A DNA stretch of 64,000 nucleotides, from NCBI RefSeq assembly GCF_009914755.1, contig NC_060926.1. The stretch is one strand, 5' to 3'. A program made the translations under genes and the position numbers. Of the stretch, positions 32,217 through 46,462 are shown in pieces. The notes under the pieces were generated by a model that saw nothing but the letters and a program-made list of their open reading frames with translations, was not told the origin of the DNA and searched no databases. Numbering within the stretch: position 1 is the first letter of the stretch; each line of letters begins with the position of its first letter. The DNA is from the human T2T-CHM13v2.0 reference genome, Homo sapiens.

Positions 32217-33254
32217 AACAACATTTTAAGAAGACTTCCAGTTTACAGAGAAAATAACAACAATGTATTTTAGCAGGGGATGTTTTAAAAAGTAAACTAG
32301 TATCACCTGTGTTGTAGGTATAAGGTATATAGGTATCCCCATTACTCTGCTTTTTCTTTTAAATGATATAATATTCTGTATCTCTGGGATGGTGGAAGGT
32401 TGATTTGCAAAAAAGGAGGAGTAGATATGCACATTATTTTCTTGTTTAAATTCATTAATTATGAGTAAGTTGTATTTTATGTTGTCATATATTTTTAATA
32501 TTTTATTTTTAAATAAAGGATTCAGAGTCAAATAGTTAAATATTTTAGCTAATTATGAAGATAGAGTTTTCTAAGAATGTAAAGCGACAAGGTAGACATG
32601 ATTTTATAACGTAACCAAGAGAATTTTAATATATAAGCTTCATATTTAAGTCCTTGTAATAAATTTATATTTATAATGCAAATACATTATAAATATTTCT
32701 GATACATTTATATAATGAATTTAAATTTAATTATGGAATTAGATTTTAAAGAATATTATAACCTTAGATCTTCAAACTAGTGAGCATACCCCTGATGGTA
32801 AAAGGACATGAATAAATTAAAGAGAATACATTTTAAGATACTCAATTCGAAGATAGTCAATTGCTTTATATACTATGTTTCTTCCAAAAAATAATCTGCA
32901 GGAATAATTTTAAAAATAAATTATTGATATGAAAAATGGAAATATTATTTCAAAGAAGAATGCAAACAAAGTAACATGTTTATTCAGGAGGAGCTTTTTT
33001 TTTTACATATTTTATGTAGATGTTGGTGAATGTCAAGTCACAGTTAAAAGTAGACATATATAGCTATAACAATGATTAAATTTATATGTAAGTTATGCTT
33101 TGTGGGTATAGATTTTAAGTATCTTATATAATGTATATTTATGTAAACTCTAATATGTAACTTCCTATTATACTGCATATGTATACATATATAAAATAAT
33201 TGGATTCACTTAAATATACTATAAAGTATTTATTTAAAATTTGTAGTGATGCAG

Positions 33255-33340
33255 GGAGCTGAGATTGCACCACTGCACTCTAGCCTGGGTGACAGAGCAA
33301 GACTCCATCTCAAAAAAATAAAAAATAAAAAATAAAAAAT
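33255..33340 (+). mobile_element. 5'-truncated Alu (right-arm end)
   Basis: gagctgagattgcaccactgcactc...; TSD taaaatttgtagtgat on both sides. Confidence 0.88.
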
Positions 33341-33849
33341 AAATAAAATAAAATTTGTAGTGATAAAATATAGACATCTTCCTACAAGTATTTGAGTTAA
33401 AAATAAATTATTTTAAGTGTTACAAGAGTTAAAAAGTTCAAGAATAATACAAAGAGAATTTGTACTTATACATTTAAAAATGTGTCAAGGCAAATACAGA
33501 CACTCTTCCTGATATCTTATCTAGCTACCTTTCTAGTATCTCCTTTATCTGCAGTACTACATTACTACATTACTACTATATCTACATTATCTACTATAGC
33601 TTATCTAGTCCCCCCAAAGGTATCAAATTTTTAGCACCTAAAGGCCAATCCTTGGTAATAAAGAGAGAGAATGTGCATATATAGATGTGTGTACGTATCT
33701 ACCTATCTACATAGAGAGAGAAAGAGTGTGTGTGTGTAAATAGAGCCAGTAAGAAATATGCAAATAGTCATTTTAGTCTGTATTTCAGTAAGTATCTAAA
33801 TATAGGAAAGTCATTCTGTGCTTGTAATTGATGTATTTACATAATAGGT

Positions 33850-34379
33850 GTAGCCAACACTGTCAAATCTGTTGATTTTTACCACTTCTTTATGCCACTT
33901 CTGCTGCTGTGTGGCCCTTTTGCCTCCTATGGCCATGTCAGCATCTTGATTCTTTTTTCTGAAGACTAGCCACAAGCTACTGGAGCTGTTTTGCCCTCAA
34001 AGGGAAGAGAGAGTGGCTGTGGCTGGGAGTTTTATGTTCAATCCACCTTATCCAACTTGGAAAGTCAGCTTCTTCCTTCAAATAAGGGTAAGTCTGAGAA
34101 CTAATTTACACTCCTAAACTCCCCTGCAGAATCAGATCAGATTGGAGCCACCCTCCCTGAAATTTTATCTGAAATTGAAGTCTTTCTTGGTTTCTTCTTC
34201 TCCCCCTTCCTCTTCCTACCCGCTTTTACCAAAAGCCCTTGGGAATAAATTTTTAAACTATGTATTTATTTATTGACAAACAAATATTGTATATCTTTAT
34301 GGGAAAAATTTTTAAATAAATCAGTTCCCCATAAAGCCACTCCTTAGTGGCTGCTTACAGGGGAACTCAGTTTAAGACC
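33850..34379 (+). mobile_element. ERVL LTR, LTR16-like
   Basis: tgtagccaacactgt ... ggctgcttacaggggaactcagtttaagac. Confidence 0.6.
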
Positions 34380-34620
34380 ATGGTCTCATGGAATAATTAC
34401 AACATAGTTCCCTAACTTGCCATCATTAGGGAGGCTTTAAAAGTGTTACAGACACAGAATCCTACATATTTCTTAATAAAAGGGGTCAGATATAAGCAGG
34501 AACAGTACCACGACTATGTTAGTGAAGCACATAACTCAGGACAAAGATTAAAGGTCACTAAAAACTGAATAATTAACATGAATAATACTTTAATGTAACA
34601 TTTAAAAATCAAAATTAATT

Positions 34621-34801
34621 ATAAATATAGCATGATTAAGATTAATTCTAGGAATGCAAGGCTGATTTTACCATTCAAAAATTCATCAACATAATCTGTC
34701 ATATTAACAAAATAAAGTGAACTTCATTGGAAATTCTTTGGCCAGATTCTAACTTACTTACTAAAATTGAAACAATCAAAGATCTGAAATGACTGAGAAA
34801 A
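34621..34801 (+). repeat. About 180-bp dispersed direct duplication of 35931-36114
   Basis: Near-identical ataaatatagcatgatt...agatctgaaatga(c/t)tgagaaaa in both copies. Confidence 0.92.
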
Positions 34802-34919
34802 ACTCTGAACTCTATGATGTAAGCAACATCTACATTTTAATTAAAGACAAGATCAATATTACTGATTTTCTTTTGTCTCAGATTCCAATATGGTTTCATA
34901 GCTTTTGTGCTTTGACTTC

Positions 34920-35803
34920 CAAAAAAAAAATAAATAAATAAAATAAAGAAGATCAAAGGAAACCAAACCAAAGCAACAGAAGAAAATAAGTAATACCAAT
35001 AACAGCAAAAATCAATGAAAACAGAAAAACAATAGAAAAAATAAGTGAAATAAAATGCTGGTTATTTGAAAACAATAGCATTCTAGCAAGACAGACAAAG
35101 AAGTAAGAGAATGACACCCATTGCCAATATCTAGATGAAAAGAGAGATTACTACTACAGACCCCATAGATATTAAAAGGATAGTAAGGGAATTACTATGA
35201 ATACAAATGAATTTGACAGCTTGAGACGTGAATCAATTCCTCAAAAAATGCAGACTCCCAAAACTCACTCAAAATGAAACAGTTAGAATAGCCTAGTAAC
35301 TATTAAAATTATTGATATAGTAATTGAAAAGTTTATCCAATAGAGAAAATTTCAAGTCCAGATGATTTCACTGGACAAATCTACCCAACATTTAAAGAAT
35401 TAACCACAGTTTTATACAGTCTTTTTACGGAGTTTCACTCTTGTTGCCCAGGTGCAATCTCGGCTCACCGCAACCTCTGCCTCCTGGGTTCAAGAGATTC
35501 TCCTGCCTCAGCCTCCCGAGTAGCTAGGATTACAGGTATGTGACACCACGCCCAGCTAATTTTGTATTTGTAATAGAGACGGGGTTTCTCCATGTTGGTC
35601 AGGCTGGTCTCGAACTCCTGACCTCAGGTGATCCGCCTTCCTCAGTGTCCCAAAGTGCTGGGATTATAGGCGTGAGCCACCGCAGCCGGCCTACACAGTC
35701 TTTTTCAAAAAACAGAGAAGGTAGCAAAACTCCCAATTTATTATACAAGGCTAGCATTACCCAATACCAACACCAAAGGCAGCATACAGACACATGCTCA
35801 TGT

Positions 35804-35841
<38 letters not shown>

Positions 35842-36035
35842 GAAAGTAAAATAAAAAAGAGCCCAGGATTTCTCTTGAAAATATAAATAAAATAAAAATC
35901 CTAAACAAAATACTGCAATTCAAATCCAGTATAAATATAGCATGATTGAGTAAGATTAATTCTAGGAATGCAAGGCTGATTTTACCATTCAAAAATTCAT
36001 CAACATAATCTGTCCTATTAACAAAATAAAGCAAA
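34920..36035 (+). mobile_element. Old L1M ORF2 fragment containing an AluS (-, about 35421-35691) and a (CA)n tract (35807-35838)
   Basis: L1 ORF2-like sequence; Alu with TSD ta(t/c)acagtctttt. Confidence 0.75.
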
Positions 36036-36799
36036 CTTTGTTGGAAGTTCTTTGGCCAGATAAACTATTCTAACTTATTAAAATTGAAACAAAGATCTGA
36101 AATGATTGAGAAAATAATTAATTTGATTTATAGACTGGACAGATTTGGCAATCGTAATCTTTATGCTTTTGTTAACAGCTCAAGCAAGTGTGGGAAAAAG
36201 GGGACATAATTTTAATGTACTCACTGAGCACAGCAGAAAACATATTAAAAAGCTTATTTTGTCCTTTTTCTTAATCCACCGCTTGTACATTGTATGGAAG
36301 AATTAGAGTATTATGCATAATTTAGATACACTTGTCTGCAGAATTATGGTAGATTTTTACCTGGAATACATTTGCATAATAACAAAATAGATCAATAGTT
36401 TTAGCTAATTAATGAATAAATATTAAATCTATTCTGCATTTCACAAGAAATGCTTACATTGACAACTATAATAATGTTTTGGCTGACTTTAACATGGTCT
36501 AGTGAATCCTAGCAAAATATCTTCCCAACTCTAAATAGAAAGCACATTCCATACGTGTATGTTAGATATATAATTGTATGTAGAAATGTGGATTTTTTTA
36601 CATTTAGGATATTAATCAGTATTATAAACATTATTTGTAAATGTAATTATTCTAAATTATCCTTATCATTAATTAATAAGCACTTCAAAATATTTCTAAG
36701 ATATTTAGTAATTTTTCCTTGTGTGATAAACTTCCTTTAGAGAAATATAGCTATAAGAGGAAACAAAATGTGAGCAACAAAGACATTAAAACATGAAAG

Positions 36800-37560
36800 T
36801 TTCCATATAAGAAACTTAAATAATTGAACAAGCAAAAAACAAATAGCCCCATTGAAAAATGGGCAAAAGACATGAACTAACACTTCTCAAAAGAAGACAG
36901 AGAAGCAGCCATAGAAAAAAATGCTCCATATCACTAATCATCAGAGAAATGAAATCAAAATTCCAGTGAGATATCATTTCACATGAGTCAGAATGCCAAT
37001 TATTAAAAAATCTAAAAGCAACAGAGGCTGGTGAGTCTGTGGCAAAAGGGGAATGCTTATACACTGTTGATAGGAGTGTAAATTAGTTCGGCCACTGTGG
37101 AAAGCAGTTTGGAGATTTCTCAAAGAACTTAGAAATATCACTTGACCCAGCAATCCCATTACTGGATATACATCCAAAAGAAAATAAATTGTTCTACCAA
37201 AAAGATACATGCACTTACATATTCGTTGCAGCACTATTCACAATAGCAAAGACAGAATCAGCCTAGGTGCCCATCAACAGTGGATTGGATAAAGGAAGTG
37301 TGGTTCATATACATCATGGAATTCTATGCAGCCATAAAAAAGAATGATATCATGTCCTATACAACATGGAATACTATGCAGCCATAAAAAATGAAATCAT
37401 GTCCTTTGCAGAAACATGGATGCAGCTGGAGGCCATTATTCTAAGTGAATTAACACAAGAACAGAAGACCAAATCCCGCATGTTCTCACTTATAAGTGGG
37501 AGTTAAATGAACGGTACTCGTGGACATGAAGATGTCAACAATAGACACTGGGGACTACTA
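36800..37560 (+). mobile_element. L1PA (PA15/16-like) 3' portion
   Basis: aaatgggcaaaagacatgaac ... atagacactggggactac. Confidence 0.85.
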
Positions 37561-38559
37561 CTAATGAGCTCCATGTGAGACAGGAAAAGGTAGAGGCATG
37601 TTATCAGTCACACAGCATTTCAAGGACACATTGGACAGGAGTTTGAATGGCCTGAATAACTGACGTACAGTGTGCAAAGGGAAGCCAGGAGGAATTCTGA
37701 AAGCAAAGCTTAAAGACACATATGTTTATAAGTGGTTTAGTTGTTGATTTACATGAAGGCAAATGTAGACATTTAGTACTGCCATCTAGAATCTCTTCAA
37801 TTTTATTTTATAAGTTCGTGAAGAATGAGAGCATGATGAGAACTGATAGAAAAAGTCATGCCTTGGTCCATGATTTTGTATCAATCAAGGCAAGATAGGA
37901 GAAAAGCCTTCTGAGTCTTATGATTCGTTTATATCCAAATGGCTTTGTATGCTGGTTTAATATAAGTGAAGGTGAATTGGAGCAAAAAAGAAAAAATATA
38001 TATCAATATGCGAAGTGTCTCAGGAAGTCTATGTGGAGGATTGAGCCACAAGAAAGTTGTCATGGAGTCTGGAATGGAGGGGAATTTAATTTTCCATCAG
38101 GCACCCAGAGAGGGAAATGAACGTGAATTACTGTAAGATTAGACGGTCCCTGATCTGAAGGAATTCATGTACTTCTAAGTGGGCAACTTTTACTAAGAAT
38201 TTTTTTCTAAGCTGACAAGAAACACGGTAAAATTCAGGTTCTCATTTTTAAAAAACTGGCTTATGCAGACATTCTGGAGAAAGCTAGCGTTATCTTCTTA
38301 CACAAGGGATGTGCTGCCCCCTTCTGGATAAAGGAAAAGGTAAATTCCACTGAGAAATTTACATTCCTCCACTTCAGATACACATAAGAATGAAAAGCGC
38401 CCTCATCTTATTCAGTATTATAAATATGTATGTGTGTACACATAGACCCATATATATTCACTATATATGTAATATTTTATATTGGGAGTATTAAGTGATC
38501 AAAACCAAGTAGTGATCAAGTTAAAAGACTAGAACACACGAATGGACTGCTAACTGGCC

Positions 38560-39170
38560 CTTAGAGTATAGGCTCTATGCTGTATCCCAGCACCTAGAAC
38601 AGTGTCTGCAGTATAGTAGACTCAAATCACATCTCTAAGAACCCACATCCCATTTTAGAATTCTTTAGTGGCTTCACTTTATGGTTGAGCTGAGCTCCAA
38701 TTCTTTGGCATGGCATTAAAATTTTTCAAAATCAGATCCTAACCTGTTTTTTAAGCCATAAGGTCTGGTCATTTACATCATCCAGGCTTTACTTTCGTCT
38801 ACCTGCAAATATTGTTTCAACCACATGTTTTCTGCCCTACATCTTTTCACAAATTGTTCTAATTTCTTAGAATGCCTTTTATCTCTCCCCTCTGTATCAC
38901 CACTGGTGAAAATCCTTACCATTTAAAAAAAATAAAAATGAATTGCTAATTTATCTGTGAAGTCTTTACCAGTATTTCTTATCAAGATGCTTTCTTTTTC
39001 TGTTCCTTCACACTATTTTGATTTTCTTTACATTGTAACAGTTTACATTATCTGCCCCACAGTTTCTTCTTGTTCATCTTTGACAGACATCACTTTTTAT
39101 TCATCGTTGTATCTACATTCCTTACCAAATGCCTAACATACAATGTAGTCATCCAACTGAATAAATGCTG
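38560..39170 (+). mobile_element. L2 fragments
   Basis: gtatcccagcacctagaacagtgtctg; 3' end ...ctgaataaatg. Confidence 0.55.
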
Positions 39171-39408
39171 AGTACATTGATGTGCAAAATCATAATAATA
39201 TTTTACATTCAAAATGAGTTAGCTGAGTTGAAATTTTTTTAGCAACACAGATGGATTACAGTCAGGTTGAATAAGGTTTATAACACCATGAGAAGAATTA
39301 ACCATTTTCACTAACTACAATCCAGACTGCTAATGACAGTCATTAATCATAAACCATTCTATAAGAATATTAAATTCTGAAGCATATCACCATGTTCTCT
39401 TATATGGG

Positions 39409-39900
39409 TGTGTGGTGCACTGAATAATGGCTCCAAAATAGCCACACCTTAGTCTTCAGAACCTGTGAATATGCTGCTTTACATACTAAAAAAAAGATTT
39501 TGAAGATGTGATTAAATTAAGAATTTTGACCTTGTGGGGTTATCCTGGATTATCCAGGTCCAATGTAACCACGAGGGTTCTTATATAAGGGAGGCAAGAG
39601 GAGCATAGTAGAAAAAGAAGATGTCCTTATGGAAGCAGAGGTTGGGGTGATGCACATTGAAGATGGAGGAAGGGACCATGATGCAAGGAATACAGACAGC
39701 TTCTGAAAGCTGGAAAACACAAGGAAACTATTTCTCTCTTGGAGCCTTGGGAAGTAATGCAGCTCTGTGTAATGCTTGAATTTAGCTACATAAAACTCAT
39801 CTCAGACGTCTGAACTCCACAACTGCAAGATAATAAATATTTGTTGTTTTAAGGCATAAAGTTTGTTGTAGTATAGGAGAGTTGAAATTGGAAACTAATA
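39409..39900 (+). mobile_element. MaLR LTR (MLT1C/D-like)
   Basis: tgtggtgcactgaataatggctcc...ggaaactaata. Confidence 0.75.
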
Positions 39901-40992
39901 TTCCTCCAGTATTATGAGAATAGCTCTTTTACATATATGAAGCCTTTGAATATAACTAAAGTTGGATAAACATATAAATTGTGACACATGTCTTGAGTTT
40001 TTCAGACAGACTGTTACTATAGAGTTATTACATGAATGTCACATCATTTAAAAATAATTGTAATTGAAATACAGTACTTAGCCTCTGGAGTCAGGATGCT
40101 GACTTTTCAAAATAGGTTTGTAGAACTCTGATGTTTTGTCTCTATATCTATCCATGGCAAATAACTGGTCCTCATGTATTTTATTCATTGTTAGGGCCAA
40201 AGAGGCCTAGATATTTGCCTACAAATGAAAAATAAATGCATAAAAGTGTAGCCATTAACTGGGCTTAAATTGTTTATTAATGCATTTGCAATCAGATTAC
40301 AATTTATTCTACATATCATAGACATCAACTGGTCAGTTGGAATAAACAACTAGAGTTGTATAAAGAAATGACTCAGTGGTGTTTTTGAAAAGCTTACAGG
40401 TTTATGAGTTTATAGCGTATATGTTAATGGACCACTTTTATAGCTATTTTTATATTTTTGCTACTTATACTTCAGTTTATTTGTGTTGTGTGTGTGTGAT
40501 ATTTCACGTAGTGTCAGAAATTTGTAAATAAATTTTTTTCTCAATATATACCTTAACACTTTAATGTATTCCATGCTTTTATTGTTGTGGGGTAGAACAA
40601 TAATTTTTTGTTTTAAGCTTATATACTTGAAGATATTTTACTTATTTCTTACTTTAGTAAGCAAAATATCTTCATGCGTATAAGTTGAGTCATGCAAAAA
40701 TGGCATCATATGTACACACTTTTGCTTTAAAAAATTGGGGGGATTCTATTTTAGAAATGTAACCTGGAACACTAAGTCACATGTAATATGCCATTAAAAA
40801 TAGTCTACATAATTAATATTTTAATTTAATAAATGTCTTTCATTCAAGCCAGATGTGAAGAATGAATCATGGCTAGCTATTGTCAGGGCACATTTCCAAT
40901 AAAGCAGGCTACCATATTCTTTCTTCAAAGAAGTTGAGACTTTCTTGGGGAGGAGTGAGGACTGCTTTTCAGAAAATATATATATATATATA

Positions 40993-41282
40993 TATTTTTT
41001 TGAGACAGCGTCTTGTGCTGTTGCCCAGGCTAGAGTGCAGTGGTGTGATCACAGCTCACTGTAAACTCAAACTCCTGGGCTCAAGGGATCCTCTCACCTC
41101 AACCTCCCAAGTAGCTAGAACTACAGGCACATGCTACTCTGCTCAGCTGATATTTTTTAATTTTTGTGGAGATGGTGTCTCACACATTGGCCAAGTTGGT
41201 CTCCTACTCTTATGCTCAAGAAGTCCTCTTGCCTCAGTCTCCCAAAGTGCTGGGATTATGGGCGTGAGTCACCAAACTAGGC
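40993..41282 (-). mobile_element. AluJ with (TA)n-derived tail
   Basis: gatcacagctcactgtaaactcaaactcctgggctcaagggatcc (J-type diagnostic), diverged. Confidence 0.88.
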
Positions 41283-41531
41283 AAAGGAAATCTTAAAACA
41301 GAAATGAAGAAAGGAAACCCAACAGATAATATGGCTGTACCCTGCCTTAGAGGATTTGAGAATGACAGCACAGAGGATGGAAACTTTATATTAAGTAACT
41401 GTCAATTCTGCCTTGTGAAAGCACTTAATTTCTCAGAAATAAATTTAATCACTTGTTATACTTGCCACTTCCAGAATCATACCTTTTTGTATCTAGATTT
41501 TCAAATATGATTTGCTATCATTTCAACTTAC

Positions 41532-41710
41532 CTACTCAAAAATACTCACAAGAAATGTTTCTTTCACTTCACTGAAACTTCCAGACAATATACCTCACCA
41601 ACTTCCTAATCAAGAGATCCATCTTGTAATTATTTCTCTTCCTTTCCATGTTATGTTCCATTATTTCTATTTTTCATTGCATTTGTTTGCTTCTCTCTCT
41701 CATTACTCGT
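41532..41710 (-). pseudogene. Decayed exon candidate
   Basis: Acceptor ttggtttttacAG, donor TAG|GTAAGT; RVMRERSKQMQ*KIEIMEHNMERKR.../IITRW. Confidence 0.55.
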
Positions 41711-42472
41711 CTGTAAAAACCAAACTCTGCGTATGTGTTTACATCACCTTCACTGTTTCTGCACACAGGTAAGCATTAAGAAAATCAGGCAGACTGGCAT
41801 TTTTGTGAAATTATAATCCCCAATCTCAGTGATATCCTTCAATTCTGTTGTCTTTCTTGCACATGCCATTTGGAAAATTAAAGTAATCAGGTGGGAAATC
41901 CTTCAACTTCTCATGGCTATTTCCAAAAATAAACCTCTGTCTTTACCCACCTACTCCTTTTTTCTTCCTGTCTCCATGGAGAAGGTATGCTTCCTCTTCC
42001 TAGATGCAAATGCTTCTACATATACTTGCAATTCATTCATCTCATGTTTGAGGGTTTGGTCCTTTACAATTACAATGATCTCCCCTCTATTTTGTACTAT
42101 CAATTCCTCTTTATCTAGTTCATCATTCAAAAAAAAATCCTCTAGTTCACCCATTTTAAGCAAATAAAATTGGACCCTGTGTAGGAAATGAGTCAAATCC
42201 AATGAAACCAAACTGCAAAACTTCCTAAAGGCTCTCACTTTACTTTAGATAGAATTTGGACATTTTATCTTGATCTACAGGTACTGAATGTTCTTGGACC
42301 CTGCTTGTACTCCCAACCTCAGATAATGCCATTCTGCTCTTTGCTCACTACATGTTTGCCACACAAGCTTTTACATTTTTCAAACATTGAAGTGTTTCAA
42401 CTAATGAGCAATCCTGGGAGCTTCAGTTGCTATGGGTGTCATGGCCATTCCTGGGCAACCTGGAAAGCCTAC

Positions 42473-42621
42473 ATTGCCTGCATTAAACGGGTCCTTCCTC
42501 TGCCATTACCTTATTACCTGCTGCAGCAAGATTACTCTGCTACTGAAGTTGCCAGCAGTAGCAAATTTTACCTTTGGACCATGGCTTGGCAGAGTGTCCC
42601 TCAGAAAACACTGCAGGTATG
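42473..42621 (-). pseudogene. Decayed exon candidate (3' boundary uncertain)
   Basis: Acceptor tcttcctgattttctcAG; YLQCFLRDTLPSHGPKVKFATAGNFSSRVILLQQVIR*WQRK. Confidence 0.55.
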
Positions 42622-43274
42622 CTGAGAAAATCAGGAAGATCAGATTATTTATTAATCAGTGTTGTAATCCAAGAGCCATTGTGCCTTAGAGATACCAATC
42701 AGACCTTTGGTTACAGACACCTGGACTATCTATAATCTAATTTCCAAACTAGTTAGTCATAAATAGAACATAGGATTCTGAGAGGATAACTAGAACTCTC
42801 TTTTGGTACAAGAGATTTGGAAAGAAAAGAATATAATAAGCTAAGTCAGGGAAAAAGAAGAGGGGAAGTCCTGAGCTGCCAGGGTAGGGAGAGATGGCCA
42901 TATACCAGCACAAAGGATACAGAAGCAGGAGCAATATGAGGTCAACCTGCACCACCCCTTCTACTCAAGTTGCTTTCTCTTGTCTTGTGAGTGTAATAAG
43001 CACCAAGAGGGATGGACTTATTGCACTCAGATGCAGATGGCTTTTAACATCAGTGCAACCAAAGGAAAAAGTATGCCATTTTTAATGAGGAAAGACATTT
43101 AAGGGATTTCTGAATAGGATATCAGATAATTTCCCTGCAAATTGACCTCTGTTTCTTCTGGAGCCAACTCTACAAATGAGTGAACAGTTTGGAAAACATC
43201 AAGAAATCAAAGGCAAGTGACCAAGAACTCACAAAAGAGGACTAGAGGAGTAATACTGATTAGGAGAAACTCAC

Positions 43275-43670
43275 AGGGAAGGAACAGTATTAAGTATGTG
43301 AGTCTTCTGTTGTTCATTGCATTTTGGGTGAGCACACAGCGAACTAACAAGCTGGACGTCAGACTGCCAAAATAAAGCCTAATTCTTAAGCTTGAGCTGC
43401 ACAATTAGTGAGCACCAGCCATTCCCTTGTTGTGATCGGTTACTGGGTTACTGGCATCCAAAACCAGTAAGACATGGCAAACACTTAGCAACAGCCCTAC
43501 TCTACCAGTCAGCTTTTATGGATGGGGAACACCAGTCGATCCTCTGATGCGATCATGGAGATTCTGTATACGTCTTTTTGTTGACCAAAATTGACTGCCT
43601 TAAGCTCTTAGCTATAAATGGTTTCCATGGAGTTCTACAGGAGGCGAATCTCTTTTGTAAGGAGGCCAGC
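43275..43670 (-). pseudogene. Decayed exon candidate
   Basis: Acceptor ttgtcctgcAG, donor CCT|GTGAGT; LASLQKRFASCRTPWKPFIAKSLRQ... Confidence 0.5.
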
Positions 43671-44048
43671 CTGCAGGACAATTACTTTTAAATACATTAA
43701 CCTTTACTTTCCTATAAACCGTCTCATCCCTAAGAGCCTTTAAAACTTAAAAAGCCAGGAGAAAGATAACCAGATATTTGGGGATAGAAATGTCACAAAC
43801 CAGTTAAAATAAAGTGTGAGAGTATGGACCTGCCAGGAAGTGGAAGAGAGGAAAAGCAATGAGTTTGCAGGGTGAATGACAAGACAACAGCCTGTTAATG
43901 GAAATGACCCACTAAGAGAAAGCCCTATCCGCAGAGTTGATAGCTTCAACCTGTTATGTGAAGTGGCCAGTGAAAATGGAAATCATAGCAGCTCTATCTA
44001 AGCAGGTTTCTCAGGTGCTAAAATACAGAAGGCAGAGTAATTGCTTAC

Positions 44049-44306
44049 CTAAAAAACCGAGGGGTCAATTATAAAGAGAATTCACTTATGAGGTAGGAGT
44101 TATAGCAAAACCTCAAAGAACTAACCAACACTCTAAAGTTGTAAGTAGGTCAAATTTGTGTTCACCAAAATTACATTAAGTTAGCCTTCTGGGATTATCA
44201 GACAGACTTTTCCTTATCCAATAGGTTAAAATGGCTTTCTGGGTTTCAAAGTAATGAGAATATGAGGGCATATTGTCACATTTCCCCAGCATCGGAACAC
44301 TTGTTT
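44049..44306 (-). pseudogene. Decayed exon candidate
   Basis: Acceptor ttttgtgtttcaatattAG, donor TAG|GTAAGC; KQVFRCW / HYFETQKAILTYWIRK ... FDLLTTLECW. Confidence 0.6.
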
Positions 44307-44614
44307 CTAATATTGAAACACAAAATCTCTAATCGACAAGTGCTTAACGGGAAGGGAAATTATTGCTGTTATTATCATTATCATTATTACTATTATTATT
44401 ATCTCATGTAACAAGAAGTCTAGAAGCAACAAAGTTACAGGATTGGGTCACTGATTTCTGGAAAAACTCTAGTTTCTTCATCTTTTTACTCTGCTCTCCT
44501 CAGTATATTGTTTTTATCCTCAAGTTTGTAACCTCATATGACATAACGCCTGACATAAATTTCCAGGCATCTTAGTTTCACAAATTAAATACCCAAAAGT
44601 GAGAGGGAGAAAAT

Positions 44615-45430
44615 CATATAAAAAAAATCTCAACATCACTGATCATTAGTCAAATTCAAATCAAAACCGCAATGAAATAATATCTCACACCAGTCAGAAT
44701 GCATATTACTAAAAAGTCAAAAAATAACAGATGCTGACAAGGTTGTGAAGAAAAAGGAATGCTTATACACTGTTGGTGGGAGTGTAAATTAGTTCAACCA
44801 TTGTGGAAGACAGTGTGGTGATTCCTCAAAGACCTATAGACAGAAATACCATTCATCCCAGCAACTCTATCACTGGGTATATACCCAAAGGAATATAAAT
44901 CATTCTATTGTAAAGACACATGCAGACGTAAGTTCATTGCAGCAGTATTCACAATAGCAAAGACATGGAATCGACCCAAATGCCCATCAGTGATTGATAG
45001 ACTGAATAAAGAAAATGTGGTACATATACACCATGGAATACTCTGCAGCCATAAAAAAGAATGAGATCATGTCCTTTGCAGGGACATGTATAGAGCTGGA
45101 GGCCATTGTCCTTAGAAAATGAACACCGGAACAGAAAACTAAATAACACATGTTCTCATTTATAAGTGTGAGCAAAATGATGAGAACACATGGACACATA
45201 GAGGGGAACAGCAAACACTGGGGCCTTTTGGAGGATGGAGGGTGGGAGGAGGGAGAGGATCAGGAAAAATAACTAATAGGTATGAGGCCTTATACCTGGG
45301 TGATGATATAATCTGTACAACAAACCCCCATGACACAAGTTTACCTGGTTGTATTTTTTAACTTTTATTTTAAGTTTGTTACTTGCACTTGTATCCCCAA
45401 ACTTAAAACAAAAGTTAAAAAATAAAATAA
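44615..45430 (+). mobile_element. L1PA (PA11-13-like) 3' end
   Basis: ctcaacatcactgatcattag ... aacttaaaacaaaagttaaaa. Confidence 0.9.
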
Positions 45431-46162
45431 GGTGCATCCTTTCATTGTGAATTTTTCTTAAATGAAGAACATCCTTCAGAATCTACCAGTACACTTTCCC
45501 TCAAACATCGTTGCTCAGAATTAAGTCACATACTTGTTGTTAAAGCAAACACTAACAAGCAGAGAAAATTAGCATGATTTAATTTTAATTTCGTTATACA
45601 GGGAGCTCTCCTAGCTGTGAGATACTTTAATGCAATTGAGGATCTATCAAAAAAAAAAAAAAAAAAAAAAAAGCAGGGGCAGAGGGTTGAAGCAGAGGGG
45701 AGCCAGGAACTGTTATTAGGCCAGTAATCAAATGTGTGTGCCACAGACTGTTTCCATAGTAAATCATCAGCATTTTCTACATTCTTTAGAGTATTTTTAA
45801 AAAATTTTGCCTTGTTTTGTTTTCATATTCTACATATAATATGGTTATTTTATTTTTGGTTCTTTACTGAACTGTAACCATCTGGGCAGTGAGGCTGTCT
45901 TTCTACTTTTGAATCACCATGACATATAATATAATACCATGCAAAGAGTAGTCCTTCAATGAATTAGTAATTAACATTTATCTTAAAGTAGTATATAGGT
46001 ACGCCTCTTTTTGTATAAGACAATGTTCTTCAAAGCTGTGAGTAAATTAATGCTTGTAAATCAAATTCGGTTTCCCACATGTGTTTTTTATTGTAATTAA
46101 TGAATCCTGTTCTGCATTAATATTCAGTTGACAATATCTAATATTTAAAATGTAAATCTTAC

Positions 46163-46462
46163 TTTTCTTCAAGTATCTGTGTCAAGCAATTAATTATCTA
46201 AAAATAAACACTTGGATACATGAGGAAAGCTCATTAATTAAATGATCTTTGAATCTTATCACAAAATAAAAAATCCTTTTTTATCATGAGCTATTGCACA
46301 TTTGCAAAACAGTGCATATTTAAAAGGAGAGTTTTAAATTTGCTTTTATTTATGTTGACACAACTACATTAAAATGTCAGAATTACATTTTCAAATACAC
46401 ATCTAATTTGATTTTGATGTAAGAACTTATAAATCCAAACCCAGTAAGATAGAATTACTACA
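46163..46462 (-). pseudogene. Decayed exon candidate (300 nt)
   Basis: Acceptor ttactcaacAG, donor AAA|GTAAGA; VVILSYWVW...DKIQRSFN**AF. Confidence 0.4.

Noticed and set aside
42305-42625. Plus-strand 106-aa ORF with a CAG|GTATGC donor
   Set aside because: Starts in L2-like sequence at a non-ATG codon; most likely the antisense shadow of the minus-strand fossil exon.
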